64,000 nt of DNA from Candidatus Sericytochromatia bacterium (GTDB lineage Bacteria; Cyanobacteriota; Sericytochromatia; S15B-MN24; UBA4093): assembly GCA_036676985.1 (NCBI GenBank), contig JAKFBU010000001.1, positions 96,001 through 160,000 on the forward strand, written 5' to 3'. Positions 27,041 to 35,594 of the stretch are shown piece by piece; position 1 is the first letter of the stretch; each line of letters begins with the position of its first letter. The translations under genes were made by a program, and so were the position numbers. The notes beneath the pieces were generated by a model. It saw nothing but the letters and a program-made list of their open reading frames with translations. It made no database searches and had not been told where the DNA came from.

Positions 27041-29308
27041 CTAATGCGGTAGCAGAGAGGTCACGAGATCCGCCAGGCGATCGCCGAAGCCGGAGGTGAG
27101 GCTCTCGGGGGGGGCTTGGCGCATGAGATGGAGCTTGCCGGTCCTCGCGAGCACCTCGTAATGCGTATGGCCCGTGGCATCCCGGTGGAAGCGCAGGCTG
27201 ACTCGGGCCTCTCCGACCTGGAGATTCTCGAGCGTCAGCTCGGGCAACCACTCGGGCAGATCGGGATCGACCACGAGCGTGTGGAGCGGAGCGAGGGGAA
27301 AGAGGCCCGTCAAAGCCTGGATCAAGAGGACGATCGCGCTCGATGACCAGCTCTGCGGGGCGTTGGACTGGGGGTAAATGCCGGGGTGCGGGTGCTCGCG
27401 GCTCCGCTGGTAGCCTCCGATGGCCTCGGGCAGGCGGTACTGATCGAAGATCTCGGTGGCGTCCAGGATCCCCCGCGCCAGGTCATGGAGCAGAGAGTTG
27501 AGTCCGTAACGCTTGAATCCGAGGGCGATGGAGGCGTTCTCCGACGGCCAGACGGATCCCAGGTGATAGGCGAACGGGTTGAAGGCCGGATGCTCGCTAG
27601 AGAGCGTGCGGATGCCCCAGCCGCTGAACATGTCCGGCGCCATCAGGCGGCCGGCCACGGCGGCCGCCTTGTCACGGTCCACGATGCCGCAGGCCAAGCA
27701 ATGTCCGGGGTTCGAGGCGATGTTCCGGACGGGCCGCTTGTCCGGGTCCAGCGCCTGGGCGAAGGTCTTTTCATCCGGCAGCCAGAACGCCTGATTGAAG
27801 CGGCGCTTCAGGTCCTGCGCCTGCGCCAGCAGCTCCCGTCCGCGCCCGTAGTCGCCCAGGAACAGGAAGACCAGTCCCATCAGCTGCTTGGCGGCGAAGT
27901 AGTAGCCCTGGACCTCGACGACCGCGATCGGGTTGGGCATCATCCGCCCGTCCTCATAGAGCAGGGCCTCCGGCGAATCCATCCACCCCTGGTTCTTGCC
28001 CCGCTTGTCGGCCTGGTGGGTCTCGTACTCGTAGAACCCGTCGCCGTCGATGTCGGCATCGCGGTCGATCCACTCGAGAACCGCCAAGAGGTTGGGCATC
28101 AGGTGCTGGATGAAGGCCCTATCGCCGGTCTGAACGAAGTAGGAGGCCGCGGAGATCAGGTACATCCCCGGGCCGGCATAATCGCCGTAGTAGCGGAGGA
28201 AGGGGTTGGCTCCCAGGAGCGCCAGCGGGCTCATTTTCGCCTGCTGGATGGTCCGGCCGGGCTGCTCGTCATGGGCGGGGTCGTAACGGGTGCCCAGGTA
28301 CCGCCCGAGCAGCTGGAGGGTGCCCTTCAACAAGAGGGGACTGGCGATGCTCGCCTGCCACCCGGTGGTCAGCGGGTCGCGCGCATACAGCTCCTGGTAG
28401 AGGGGGATCCCGGCGGCCGGGGTGTAGACCTCGTCTCCCTCGCCCTCATGGAGGGGCAGAGAGCCCAGATCGTAGAGCGAGCGGTCCCATGCCGCCTGGA
28501 CCTGGTGATTCGGCGTCTTGAGCGTCGCACACTGCTCGGACCAGGTCTCCCGCACCCGATCCAGGCGCGTGGAGCGCGAGTGAAAGGCCTCACAACCGTA
28601 GACGGGCTCGATGCGCTCGCCGAGAAAGAGCGGAATCACATCGAGGCACAGTCGGTGTCGCTGACGTGGCGCGAGGCGGACCCGATACACGACTTTCCCC
28701 GCGTCGAACCGGGGGCCGTCCTCATGGCGAGCAAACCGCAGGACGGTGCCATGCGGGAGCTGCGGATGCTGGTAGGTGAAGGTGAGCTCGCACCCGTCGG
28801 CCGCCTCGACCCACCGGGTGCTCACCTCCGCGTTCTGGAGGCGCAGCCCCCGGCCCTCGATGATCTCCTCCACGTCCGCGTAGTCCGCCCCGACCTCGAA
28901 GGCGAGCTCGACCTCGGTTTCGCGCAGGCCATGGTTGGTGACGAGCAGATCCTGGTGCATGCCGCCGCCCACGAAGCGGTTCACCTGGACGAGGATGGCC
29001 TTCTTCGCGATCTCGCCGCCGTCGCTCTCCGGATCGTCCGGCTCGGCGCCCGCCATGCGGCCAGCCGGCGTGGGGGCGGCGTAATGGGCGATCATCGAGT
29101 AGGAGTCGACCGGGTTGGCCGACACGAAGGTGGGCCGTTCGCCGTTGACGGTGAGCACCAGGCGGCAGAGAAAGCGCGTCTGACGAAAATAGAAGCCGTC
29201 GTGACCTCCATCGATCTGGCCATGGACGCTGGTCGCCACCACCGAGAAACCCGACGAGGCATACAGGCTCTCGGGAAACATCTGGAACCGGTTGAGCGCG
29301 ATACCCAT
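27041..29308 (-). CDS. Glycogen debranching / amylo-alpha-1,6-glucosidase family protein
   Basis: AAGIPLY..LYARD, NQGWMDS, IASNPGH, MFSGWGIRTLS, YHLGSVWP, RLPE motifs. Start MGIALN at 29308 is tentative. Confidence 0.88.
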   Translation of the reverse strand: MGIALNRFQMFPESLYASSGFSVVATSVHGQIDGGHDGFYFRQTRFLCRLVLTVNGERPTFVSANPVDSYSMIAHYAAPTPAGRMAGAEPDDPESDGGEIAKKAILVQVNRFVGGGMHQDLLVTNHGLRETEVELAFEVGADYADVEEIIEGRGLRLQNAEVSTRWVEAADGCELTFTYQHPQLPHGTVLRFARHEDGPRFDAGKVVYRVRLAPRQRHRLCLDVIPLFLGERIEPVYGCEAFHSRSTRLDRVRETWSEQCATLKTPNHQVQAAWDRSLYDLGSLPLHEGEGDEVYTPAAGIPLYQELYARDPLTTGWQASIASPLLLKGTLQLLGRYLGTRYDPAHDEQPGRTIQQAKMSPLALLGANPFLRYYGDYAGPGMYLISAASYFVQTGDRAFIQHLMPNLLAVLEWIDRDADIDGDGFYEYETHQADKRGKNQGWMDSPEALLYEDGRMMPNPIAVVEVQGYYFAAKQLMGLVFLFLGDYGRGRELLAQAQDLKRRFNQAFWLPDEKTFAQALDPDKRPVRNIASNPGHCLACGIVDRDKAAAVAGRLMAPDMFSGWGIRTLSSEHPAFNPFAYHLGSVWPSENASIALGFKRYGLNSLLHDLARGILDATEIFDQYRLPEAIGGYQRSREHPHPGIYPQSNAPQSWSSSAIVLLIQALTGLFPLAPLHTLVVDPDLPEWLPELTLENLQVGEARVSLRFHRDATGHTHYEVLARTGKLHLMRQAPPESLTSGFGDRLADLVTSLLPH

Positions 29309-29557
29309 CTCATCGACCTTTCGGCCCGGCGATCGCCAGGCGGCAACCACACCCATGGGGACCGTCTCCAAGCCGCCCATCCGGTCCACGGGGGGGCGGG
29401 GCGACAAGAACGCGCTGTCGTGGACCAAAGGACGAACCGATCCACGACGCGATGAAGGGCGCGAGGGTGCTGCAACTTGCCGGCGGGCGGCATGGCTCAG
29501 GGGCGGAACAGATGGGGGCAACAAATGGCCACCGCGATGATAGTCCCCCCATGGCCA

Positions 29558-29583
29558 CTTTTGCAATCTTTTTATGGCAAAAG
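29558..29583. promoter_or_regulatory. Palindromic operator 1, overlapping a leftward -35
   Basis: CTTTTGCAAT-N6-ATGGCAAAAG; minus-strand TTGCAA-18-TATCAT promoter. Confidence 0.6.
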
Positions 29584-29686
29584 GTTCGAGGGCTTGCCCG
29601 CGCGAGCGGGTGGCGGCCCAACGCGGCTCGACGCGCCCCCCACTCGGCATCCGACCAGGAAGGCATCGTCACGCCCGCTTTTGAAG

Positions 29687-29732
29687 CTTTTGTAATATTT
29701 TTATTGCAAAAGACCGTAGGATGCGCTAGTAT
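29687..29732 (+). promoter_or_regulatory. Palindromic operator 2 plus folE promoter
   Basis: CTTTTGTAAT-N6-ATTGCAAAAG (29687-29712); its right arm supplies TTGCAA-17-TAGTAT. Confidence 0.65.
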
Positions 29733-29836
29733 CCGGCTTACTCAGCAGGAAGCGGACGTTGGGCCGACGATGGGGGGATCCTGGCGAGCTGATTGGCGCG
29801 CCGATTGGCGGGTCGCAAGGCCCGAGGAGAGTGACC

Positions 29837-30418
29837 ATGGCGGTAGAGGTGCGCGTCGACGATCCCGTGGCGAGCGATGTGCTGGAGGCGATCAGGACGC
29901 TCCTGATCGCCATCGGCGAAGATCCCGACCGTGAGGGCCTGCGGGACACCCCGCGCCGCATGATGAAGAGCTGGACGGAGCTGTTTGTCGGCTACCAGCA
30001 GGACCCGGCGAGCATCCTCGCGACCACCTTCGACGAGGTCCAGGGTTACGGGGAGATGGTGGTGCTGAGAGACATCCCGTTTCACTCCACCTGCGAGCAT
30101 CACTGGCTGCCGTTCACCGGGGTGGCGCACGTCGCCTACCTGCCGGACAGGCGCGTGGTCGGGCTCTCGAAGCTGGCCCGACTGGTCGATTGCTTCGCGC
30201 GACGCCTCCAAATCCAGGAGCGCATGACCCAGCAGATCACCCGCTCCCTGATGGAGCACCTGGCCCCCCGAGGGGCCGCTGCGGTCGTGCAAGCGGCCCA
30301 TGGCTGCATGGCCTGCCGGGGCATCCGCAAAGAAGGCGCAACCATGGTCACCTCCTCGTTCGAAGGAGAGCTGCGGACTCCCGCGCCACGAGCGGAGTTT
30401 CTCGGTCTGATCCGGTAG
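29837..30418 (+). CDS. folE: GTP cyclohydrolase I
   Basis: GEDPDREGLRDTP, STCEHH.LPF, GLSKLAR, RLQIQERMT, HGCMACRG. Confidence 0.95.
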   Translation: MAVEVRVDDPVASDVLEAIRTLLIAIGEDPDREGLRDTPRRMMKSWTELFVGYQQDPASILATTFDEVQGYGEMVVLRDIPFHSTCEHHWLPFTGVAHVAYLPDRRVVGLSKLARLVDCFARRLQIQERMTQQITRSLMEHLAPRGAAAVVQAAHGCMACRGIRKEGATMVTSSFEGELRTPAPRAEFLGLIR

Positions 30419-30526
30419 TCGTGCGCCTGTGGAGAGGACCCGGTCTCGAGGGACGGGGTGGCGTGAGAGCGGGGTCTCGTGCGGCTGTCGCCGATCGCCC
30501 CGCAGACATGAAAGGAGTGGCCGACG

Positions 30527-30688
30527 ATGCGTCGATACCGTTGTACCGTGTGTGAGCACATCTACGATGAGGCCCAGGGGGATCCCGACTCGGGGATCGC
30601 GCCCGGGACGAAGTGGGAGGACATTCCCGACGACTGGAGCTGCCCGGAGTGCCAGGCGAGCAAGAGTGACTTCGTGCTCATCGAGTAG
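30527..30688 (+). CDS. Rubredoxin (53 aa, not in the ORF track)
   Basis: [53 protein letters not shown]; two CxxC motifs, AAAGGAG RBS. Confidence 0.95.
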   Translation: MRRYRCTVCEHIYDEAQGDPDSGIAPGTKWEDIPDDWSCPECQASKSDFVLIE

Positions 30689-30697
30689 GAGGGGGCC

Positions 30698-31882
30698 ATG
30701 TCGCGCATCATCATCGTGGGGGCCGGCCACGCCGGGCTGACGGTCGCCAAGGAGCTCCTGACGCTTCGACCGGGGACCGCCATCAGCGTCGTGACGGCTG
30801 ACGACGGCCATCAGTACCCCAAGCCTCAGCTCTCGACCAGCCTTCGGCTCGGAAAACAACCCGATGCCCTGATCGTCCAGCGGGCGGAGGCGCTGGCGCA
30901 GCGGGGCCTGGAGATGATTCCGAGGACCCGCGTGACGGGCATCCATGCGGACGAAAAGCGCCTCCGGCTTCACGACGGACGGACGCTCGACTACGATCGG
31001 CTGGTGCTGGCGATCGGCGCGAGCCCCTTCATCCCGCCCATGGAAGGCTCCACCGAGCACGTCCTCACCATCAACCACCTCGACGACTATCGGCGGTTCC
31101 GCAATCGCCTGGTCCCCGATCGGCCCGTCGTGATCATCGGCGGGGGGTTGATCGGGATGGAGTTCGCGGCCGATCTGACGAGCGTCGGGTACCGGGTCCA
31201 CGTGGTCGATCCCGGGGCGGCGGCCCTGCCTCGGCTCTTGCCGCCCGTCGCCGCAGCGGCGCTCACGGATGCCCTCTCGCGGCAGGGCGTCACGTTTCAC
31301 TGGCAGCGCAGCGTGAGTCGACTGGAGGGCGGGCCCGGCGAGTTCCGGGCGACGCTATCGGACGGCTCGGTCCTCTCGTCCGGCACCGTGCTCTCCGCGG
31401 TCGGCCTGAGGCCCTCGCTCGACCTGGCACGCGCGGCAGGTCTACCCACCGCGCGGGGCATCCTGGTGGACGAGCACATGCGCGCAGCACCCGACGTCTA
31501 CGCCGTCGGCGACTGCGTCGAGCTGCCGGGCGAGCTCTACCTCCCGTTCATCAAGCCGATCACCGATACGGGGAAGTACGTCGCGCGGCGACTGGCAGGG
31601 AAGACCGAGGCCCCCATTGCCCTGCCCAACTACGCCATCGCCGTGAAGGTGCCGCAGTGGCCCGTGGCGAGTTCGACGCCCCTTCCCGGCGAGCACGGGA
31701 CCTGGGAGGAGAGCCGGGATGACGAGGGGACCTTCTCCCGGCTGATCAGCCCCGAAGGGGTCGTCCTCCGCCTCGTGGCGACGGGAAACCGGGCGCCGGA
31801 AGTTGCCAACCATCTCGCCCATCTGCCGCCGCTCCGCCCATCCAGCGCGGCGGCCCCTGGGCCCAGACCTCAGAGGGTGTAG
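30698..31882 (+). CDS. Rubredoxin-NAD(+) reductase (FAD-dependent oxidoreductase)
   Basis: GAGHAG, YPKPQLS, GGGLIGMEFA, VYAVGDC; directly after the rubredoxin gene. Confidence 0.88.
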   Translation: MSRIIIVGAGHAGLTVAKELLTLRPGTAISVVTADDGHQYPKPQLSTSLRLGKQPDALIVQRAEALAQRGLEMIPRTRVTGIHADEKRLRLHDGRTLDYDRLVLAIGASPFIPPMEGSTEHVLTINHLDDYRRFRNRLVPDRPVVIIGGGLIGMEFAADLTSVGYRVHVVDPGAAALPRLLPPVAAAALTDALSRQGVTFHWQRSVSRLEGGPGEFRATLSDGSVLSSGTVLSAVGLRPSLDLARAAGLPTARGILVDEHMRAAPDVYAVGDCVELPGELYLPFIKPITDTGKYVARRLAGKTEAPIALPNYAIAVKVPQWPVASSTPLPGEHGTWEESRDDEGTFSRLISPEGVVLRLVATGNRAPEVANHLAHLPPLRPSSAAAPGPRPQRV

Positions 31883-31906
31883 CAGAACGGTCCCGCGACA
31901 GCCTCG

Positions 31907-31979
31907 CCTGGACGGCGAGCTGGCGACCCAGCTCGATCAGAAGCCCATCGCGCTCCCGCCCTGGCACCCGCTGGCCTGA
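31907..31979 (+). repeat. Direct repeat copy 2 (orphan pepC 3' fragment)
   Basis: Encodes LDGELATQLDQKPIALPPWHPLA* versus pepC LDGELATQLDQEPTALPPWHPLA*. Confidence 0.9.
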
Positions 31980-32026
31980 GCGCCTCACGGGGCAAAACGG
32001 CCGGCCGGGGATACCGGATTGACCCT

Positions 32027-32653
32027 CTAGGGCGCGTCGTCGGACCGAAGGGGTTCCGGGGGCTTGAGCTGCGAGACCTTGCACGGGATGGATCGCTCCA
32101 CCGTCTGCGGCCGGGAGTAGATACAGTTCTCGTCGTCGACGATGGCCACGGCCGTGTGGCAGCGGGGGCAGAACAGGTCGTCCGGGCTGGAGGTGTACGT
32201 GAGGCGGCTGCCGCAATGCGGACAGGCATAAGGGCTGATCTTGCGGCGCCCCTTGGCCCCCTCGGCCAGCTCCTCCACCCGTGGTCGAAACAGCTCGATG
32301 TCCTTCGGCAAGGACAGGAACAGGTCGTAGTCCACCCCGGCGGGAATGTCGCGTTCGTGGAGGCCGGTTCCCAGCAGGATGATCGGCACGCAGGCCTGCA
32401 GGGCCGGATACTGGTCCATGCTGATGAGCGGGATGTACCCCAGAACATCTCGCTCGGCGCTCACCACGGGGCGATCGAACGCCTTGTTCATGCGGTACAG
32501 CGACACGACGATGACCTGGGGCGCGAAGTGCAGGATCCGCTCGAAGTCGATGGGTATGACCTCGGTGAGCACCACGTGCCCATCGGCGCGGAGCCCCGAG
32601 GCCAGCATCTGCGCCATGGTCTGGAAGGCGTCGACGATCACCACGCGTGCCAT
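32027..32653 (-). CDS. Atypical receiver-domain protein with a C-terminal zinc ribbon
   Basis: ARVVIVD..MLASGL..G REC-like start; Ser at the expected phospho-Asp position (PQVIVVSL); CPHC...CPRC. Confidence 0.65.
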   Translation of the reverse strand: MARVVIVDAFQTMAQMLASGLRADGHVVLTEVIPIDFERILHFAPQVIVVSLYRMNKAFDRPVVSAERDVLGYIPLISMDQYPALQACVPIILLGTGLHERDIPAGVDYDLFLSLPKDIELFRPRVEELAEGAKGRRKISPYACPHCGSRLTYTSSPDDLFCPRCHTAVAIVDDENCIYSRPQTVERSIPCKVSQLKPPEPLRSDDAP

Positions 32654-32756
32654 GGCTGCTCCCTCACCCCGACCCCGGCGCCCATGGTGATCCTCGGGGA
32701 CGCCGCTGTCAGCAGGCAGCCGGTCCTCGAGCCGGTAGCCGAGAGGGGCCGGAGGC

Positions 32757-34007
32757 TCACGCCGGCTGGGGATGCAAGGGAAGCGTGAACCAGAAGGTGC
32801 TCCCTGCGCCCACCTGGCTTTGCACTCCGATCGTGCCACCATGCGCCTCGATGATGGCCTTGCTGATGCTCAGGCCGAGGCCCGTCCCGCCCTTCTTGAC
32901 CGCGCCGCCCGTGAGCTGGCTGAACCGCTGGAAGAGCTTGGGGAAGTCCTCCTCCGCGATCCCCTCGCCCGCGTCCTGGACCTCGCACCTGACGTGATCG
33001 GCCTCGCTGGTCGCGGACACCCGGATGACGCCGCCCGGATGGCTGAACTTGATCGCGTTGCTCACGAGGTTGGTGAGCACCTGGCCAATCCGCATCGGAT
33101 CCAGCGTGACCACCAGCGACGCGGGTTCGAGCGCGAGTCGGATTTCGAGGTGTTCCGCCTTCGCCTGGGGCTGGAAGCTGTCGACGATCTCGCGGACCTT
33201 GTCGCCCAGGTCCGCCTGCTCGTAATGCAGCCGGAAGGTCCCGGCCTCGACTCGTGCATAGTCCAGCAGGTCATTGACGAGGTTCTCGAGCCGCACGCAG
33301 CTCTTCTCGATCTGATAGACGAACTCCAGCTGCGGCGCAGTGAGCGGACCACCGACCTCGTCCTCGAGGAACTCCGCGTAGCCCATGATCGAGGTCAGGG
33401 GGGTCCGCAGGTCGTGCGACACGGCGTTGACGAACGTGCTCTTGAGGCGCTCGAGCTCCTGGGCCTGTTGCAACTCGTTGGTTCGCCGGTAGAGCTCCTC
33501 CTGAGTCTGCTTCAGGTCCGTCACATCCGTCACGATCCCTTCCAGGACGCGGAGCTCCCCGTCCGACACGGGGATCCCCTGCCCGTTGTCCGCTACCCAC
33601 CGGATGTGACCCCGATGCGTCTTGATCCGGTAGGTGATGTGAAACGGCCGTTGCTCGTCGAGGGCCTGCTGGACCTGAATCCGGGCCCGCTCGCGGTCGT
33701 CCGGGAGAATGAGGTGCGCGTAGGCGAGCCCGTGCGGGCCCACCAGATCCTGGGGCTGGATCCCCGTGAGCTGGATGCAGCCGTCGCTGACGAACTCCAT
33801 GGTGCGATCGGCATCCCATCGGCACCGGTAGACCATTCCCGGCAGGTTGTTCATCAAGGTCGACAGGAAGCGCTGGCTCTCCCGCAGCTCCTCCAGGCGC
33901 TGCAAGAGGGCCGGATAATAGCTCTTCCGGATGGAGGTCTCCCCCAGCCCGACGATCTTGTCGCGCAGGGCCTTCCAATCCGGTACCGCGTCAGAAGGCT
34001 TGCTCAT
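32757..34007 (-). CDS. PAS-domain sensor histidine kinase, ErcS-like N-terminus
   Basis: LGETSIRKSYYPAL N-terminal motif, PAS domain (NLPGMVYRC), SHDLRTPL, NAIKF, GTGLGL; overlaps the upstream ErcA-like gene. Confidence 0.88.
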   Translation of the reverse strand: MSKPSDAVPDWKALRDKIVGLGETSIRKSYYPALLQRLEELRESQRFLSTLMNNLPGMVYRCRWDADRTMEFVSDGCIQLTGIQPQDLVGPHGLAYAHLILPDDRERARIQVQQALDEQRPFHITYRIKTHRGHIRWVADNGQGIPVSDGELRVLEGIVTDVTDLKQTQEELYRRTNELQQAQELERLKSTFVNAVSHDLRTPLTSIMGYAEFLEDEVGGPLTAPQLEFVYQIEKSCVRLENLVNDLLDYARVEAGTFRLHYEQADLGDKVREIVDSFQPQAKAEHLEIRLALEPASLVVTLDPMRIGQVLTNLVSNAIKFSHPGGVIRVSATSEADHVRCEVQDAGEGIAEEDFPKLFQRFSQLTGGAVKKGGTGLGLSISKAIIEAHGGTIGVQSQVGAGSTFWFTLPLHPQPA

Positions 34008-35157
34008 ACAGCGACTCGATCTCCTCCAGGGTCGGCCACCGAGGGTTCGTGGCCAGGCAGGCATCTTGCATAGCGTGCCGCGCGAGGACGGAGAAGTCCT
34101 GCGCCTGGATACCCGCTTGCTGGAGGCCTTGCCGGATACCCGCCACTTGGCGCATGCGGTCGATCTCGGCGCACAGGGCGGAGAGCACGTAGCGGGAGTC
34201 CACAGCGTGAACGGGCAGGCGCATGGCTTCGGCGATCGCCATGAAGCGTTCCGGCACGGCGGGGAAGTTATAGACAATCCCGACCTCCAGCAGCATGGAC
34301 GTGCACATGCCGTGCGGCAGATCGAGCAAGCCGCCGAGGCTATGCGCCATGGCGTGGACGATGCCCAGCCCCGCGTTGGAGAGTGCCATGCCGGCATCCA
34401 GGCTCGCGAGCATGATCTGGCGCCGCAGGTCGACGTTAGTCGGGTCCGCCAGCGAGGCCGGCAGGTAGGCCATGATCAGGCGGATGGCCTCGAGGGCGAA
34501 CATGTCGGTGATCGGGGAGCTCGCGTTGGAGACGTAGGCCTCGATCGCATGGGTCAGGGCATCGAAGGCGGTGTTCGCCGTCATCTCGGCGGACAGGGTG
34601 GTGAGGGTCACCGGATCGATCAAGGAGACATCGGGGACGATCGTCTTGCTCAGGATGGAGACCTTGGTCCGGCTCTGCTCGTCGCTGATGATGCAGAACT
34701 GGGAGACGTCCGCCGAGGAGGCCGTCGTCGGGACGCAGATCAAGGGGGGGCAGGGCTCACCAACCTCGTCCACCCCCACGTAGTTCAGGATCTCCCCGCC
34801 GTTGGCCGAGACGATGCCGATCCCCTTGGCGCAGTCGATGGGACTGCCCCCGCCGACGCTCAACAGCAGGTTGCAGGCCTCGTCTCGATAGCGTTGCACC
34901 CCCTTGGCGACCAGTTCGGCACTGGGATTCGTTTGCACGTCCTGGAATAGATGATAGGAGACGCCATGGGCCTGCAGGCTCTCGAGGACCTGCTCGGTCC
35001 AGCCGGACGCGACGACCCCCGGGTCCGAGATGACCATGACCTTTGAGCCGCCGAGGTTATGGGCATAGCGCCCGGCCAACTGGCGCGCCTCGGGACCGAA
35101 GACAAACTCCGGGGCGACGAACTTCCGCAGCTCCTGGGTCATTTGCGCCGCCGCCAT
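33991..35157 (-). CDS. ercA: Iron-containing alcohol dehydrogenase-like regulatory protein (ErcA-like)
   Basis: LRKFVAPEFVFG start, GGGSPIDCAK, DALTHAIEAY, HAMAHSLGG, PHG; coupled to an RKSYYP kinase. Confidence 0.8.
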   Translation of the reverse strand: MAAAQMTQELRKFVAPEFVFGPEARQLAGRYAHNLGGSKVMVISDPGVVASGWTEQVLESLQAHGVSYHLFQDVQTNPSAELVAKGVQRYRDEACNLLLSVGGGSPIDCAKGIGIVSANGGEILNYVGVDEVGEPCPPLICVPTTASSADVSQFCIISDEQSRTKVSILSKTIVPDVSLIDPVTLTTLSAEMTANTAFDALTHAIEAYVSNASSPITDMFALEAIRLIMAYLPASLADPTNVDLRRQIMLASLDAGMALSNAGLGIVHAMAHSLGGLLDLPHGMCTSMLLEVGIVYNFPAVPERFMAIAEAMRLPVHAVDSRYVLSALCAEIDRMRQVAGIRQGLQQAGIQAQDFSVLARHAMQDACLATNPRWPTLEEIESLYEQAF

Positions 35158-35321
35158 GGCCGAGCCCCCCTTACCTTCCGGTCCCCCATGGTTCTAACAC
35201 CGGAACGATTGGGTGTCATCTATTGTCACAGGAGTTGGCGACGAAGGGGCTGCCGCAAACGGATGCCAGACGACAAGGCGGCCCCTCACCCAATCGGGCA
35301 AGGAGCCGCATCGTCACATCT

Positions 35322-35405
35322 TGGTGGCCAAGGTGGGAGTCGAACCCACACGCCTTTCGGCGGTCGATTTTGAGTCGACTGCGTCTGCCATTCCGCCACT
35401 TGGCC
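35322..35405 (-). tRNA. tRNA-Leu(CAA)
   Basis: GGCCAAGTGGCGGAATGGCAGACGCAGTCGACTCAAAATCGACCGCCGAAAGGCGTGTGGGTTCGACTCCCACCTTGGCCACCA: cloverleaf, long variable arm, encoded CCA. Confidence 0.97.
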
Positions 35406-35594
35406 GCGGAAGGATCTGATACTACCGGATTCTTACGGCGCCTGCAAGGGTTCCGGGCCCGTGATCTCCTTAACGGACGGTTGTGCTTCCTTCAAGTTTA
35501 ATGGCTTTAAAGCCTGATGAAACCTTCGTTTGAAGCTTGCTTACAAGGGGTATGATGCCTATTACCCGACCCTCAGCGGCCCAGGGAGAGCACC

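Noticed and set aside
29837-30418. folE as part of a 7-deazaguanine DNA-modification (dpd/que) cluster
   Set aside because: No queC/D/E or dpdA genes nearby.
23700-35405. tRNA-Leu-anchored integrative element with an att duplication
   Set aside because: No convincing second copy of the tRNA 3' end (only a weak gtgccaggtggg near 25541) and no integrase; island status remains an inference.
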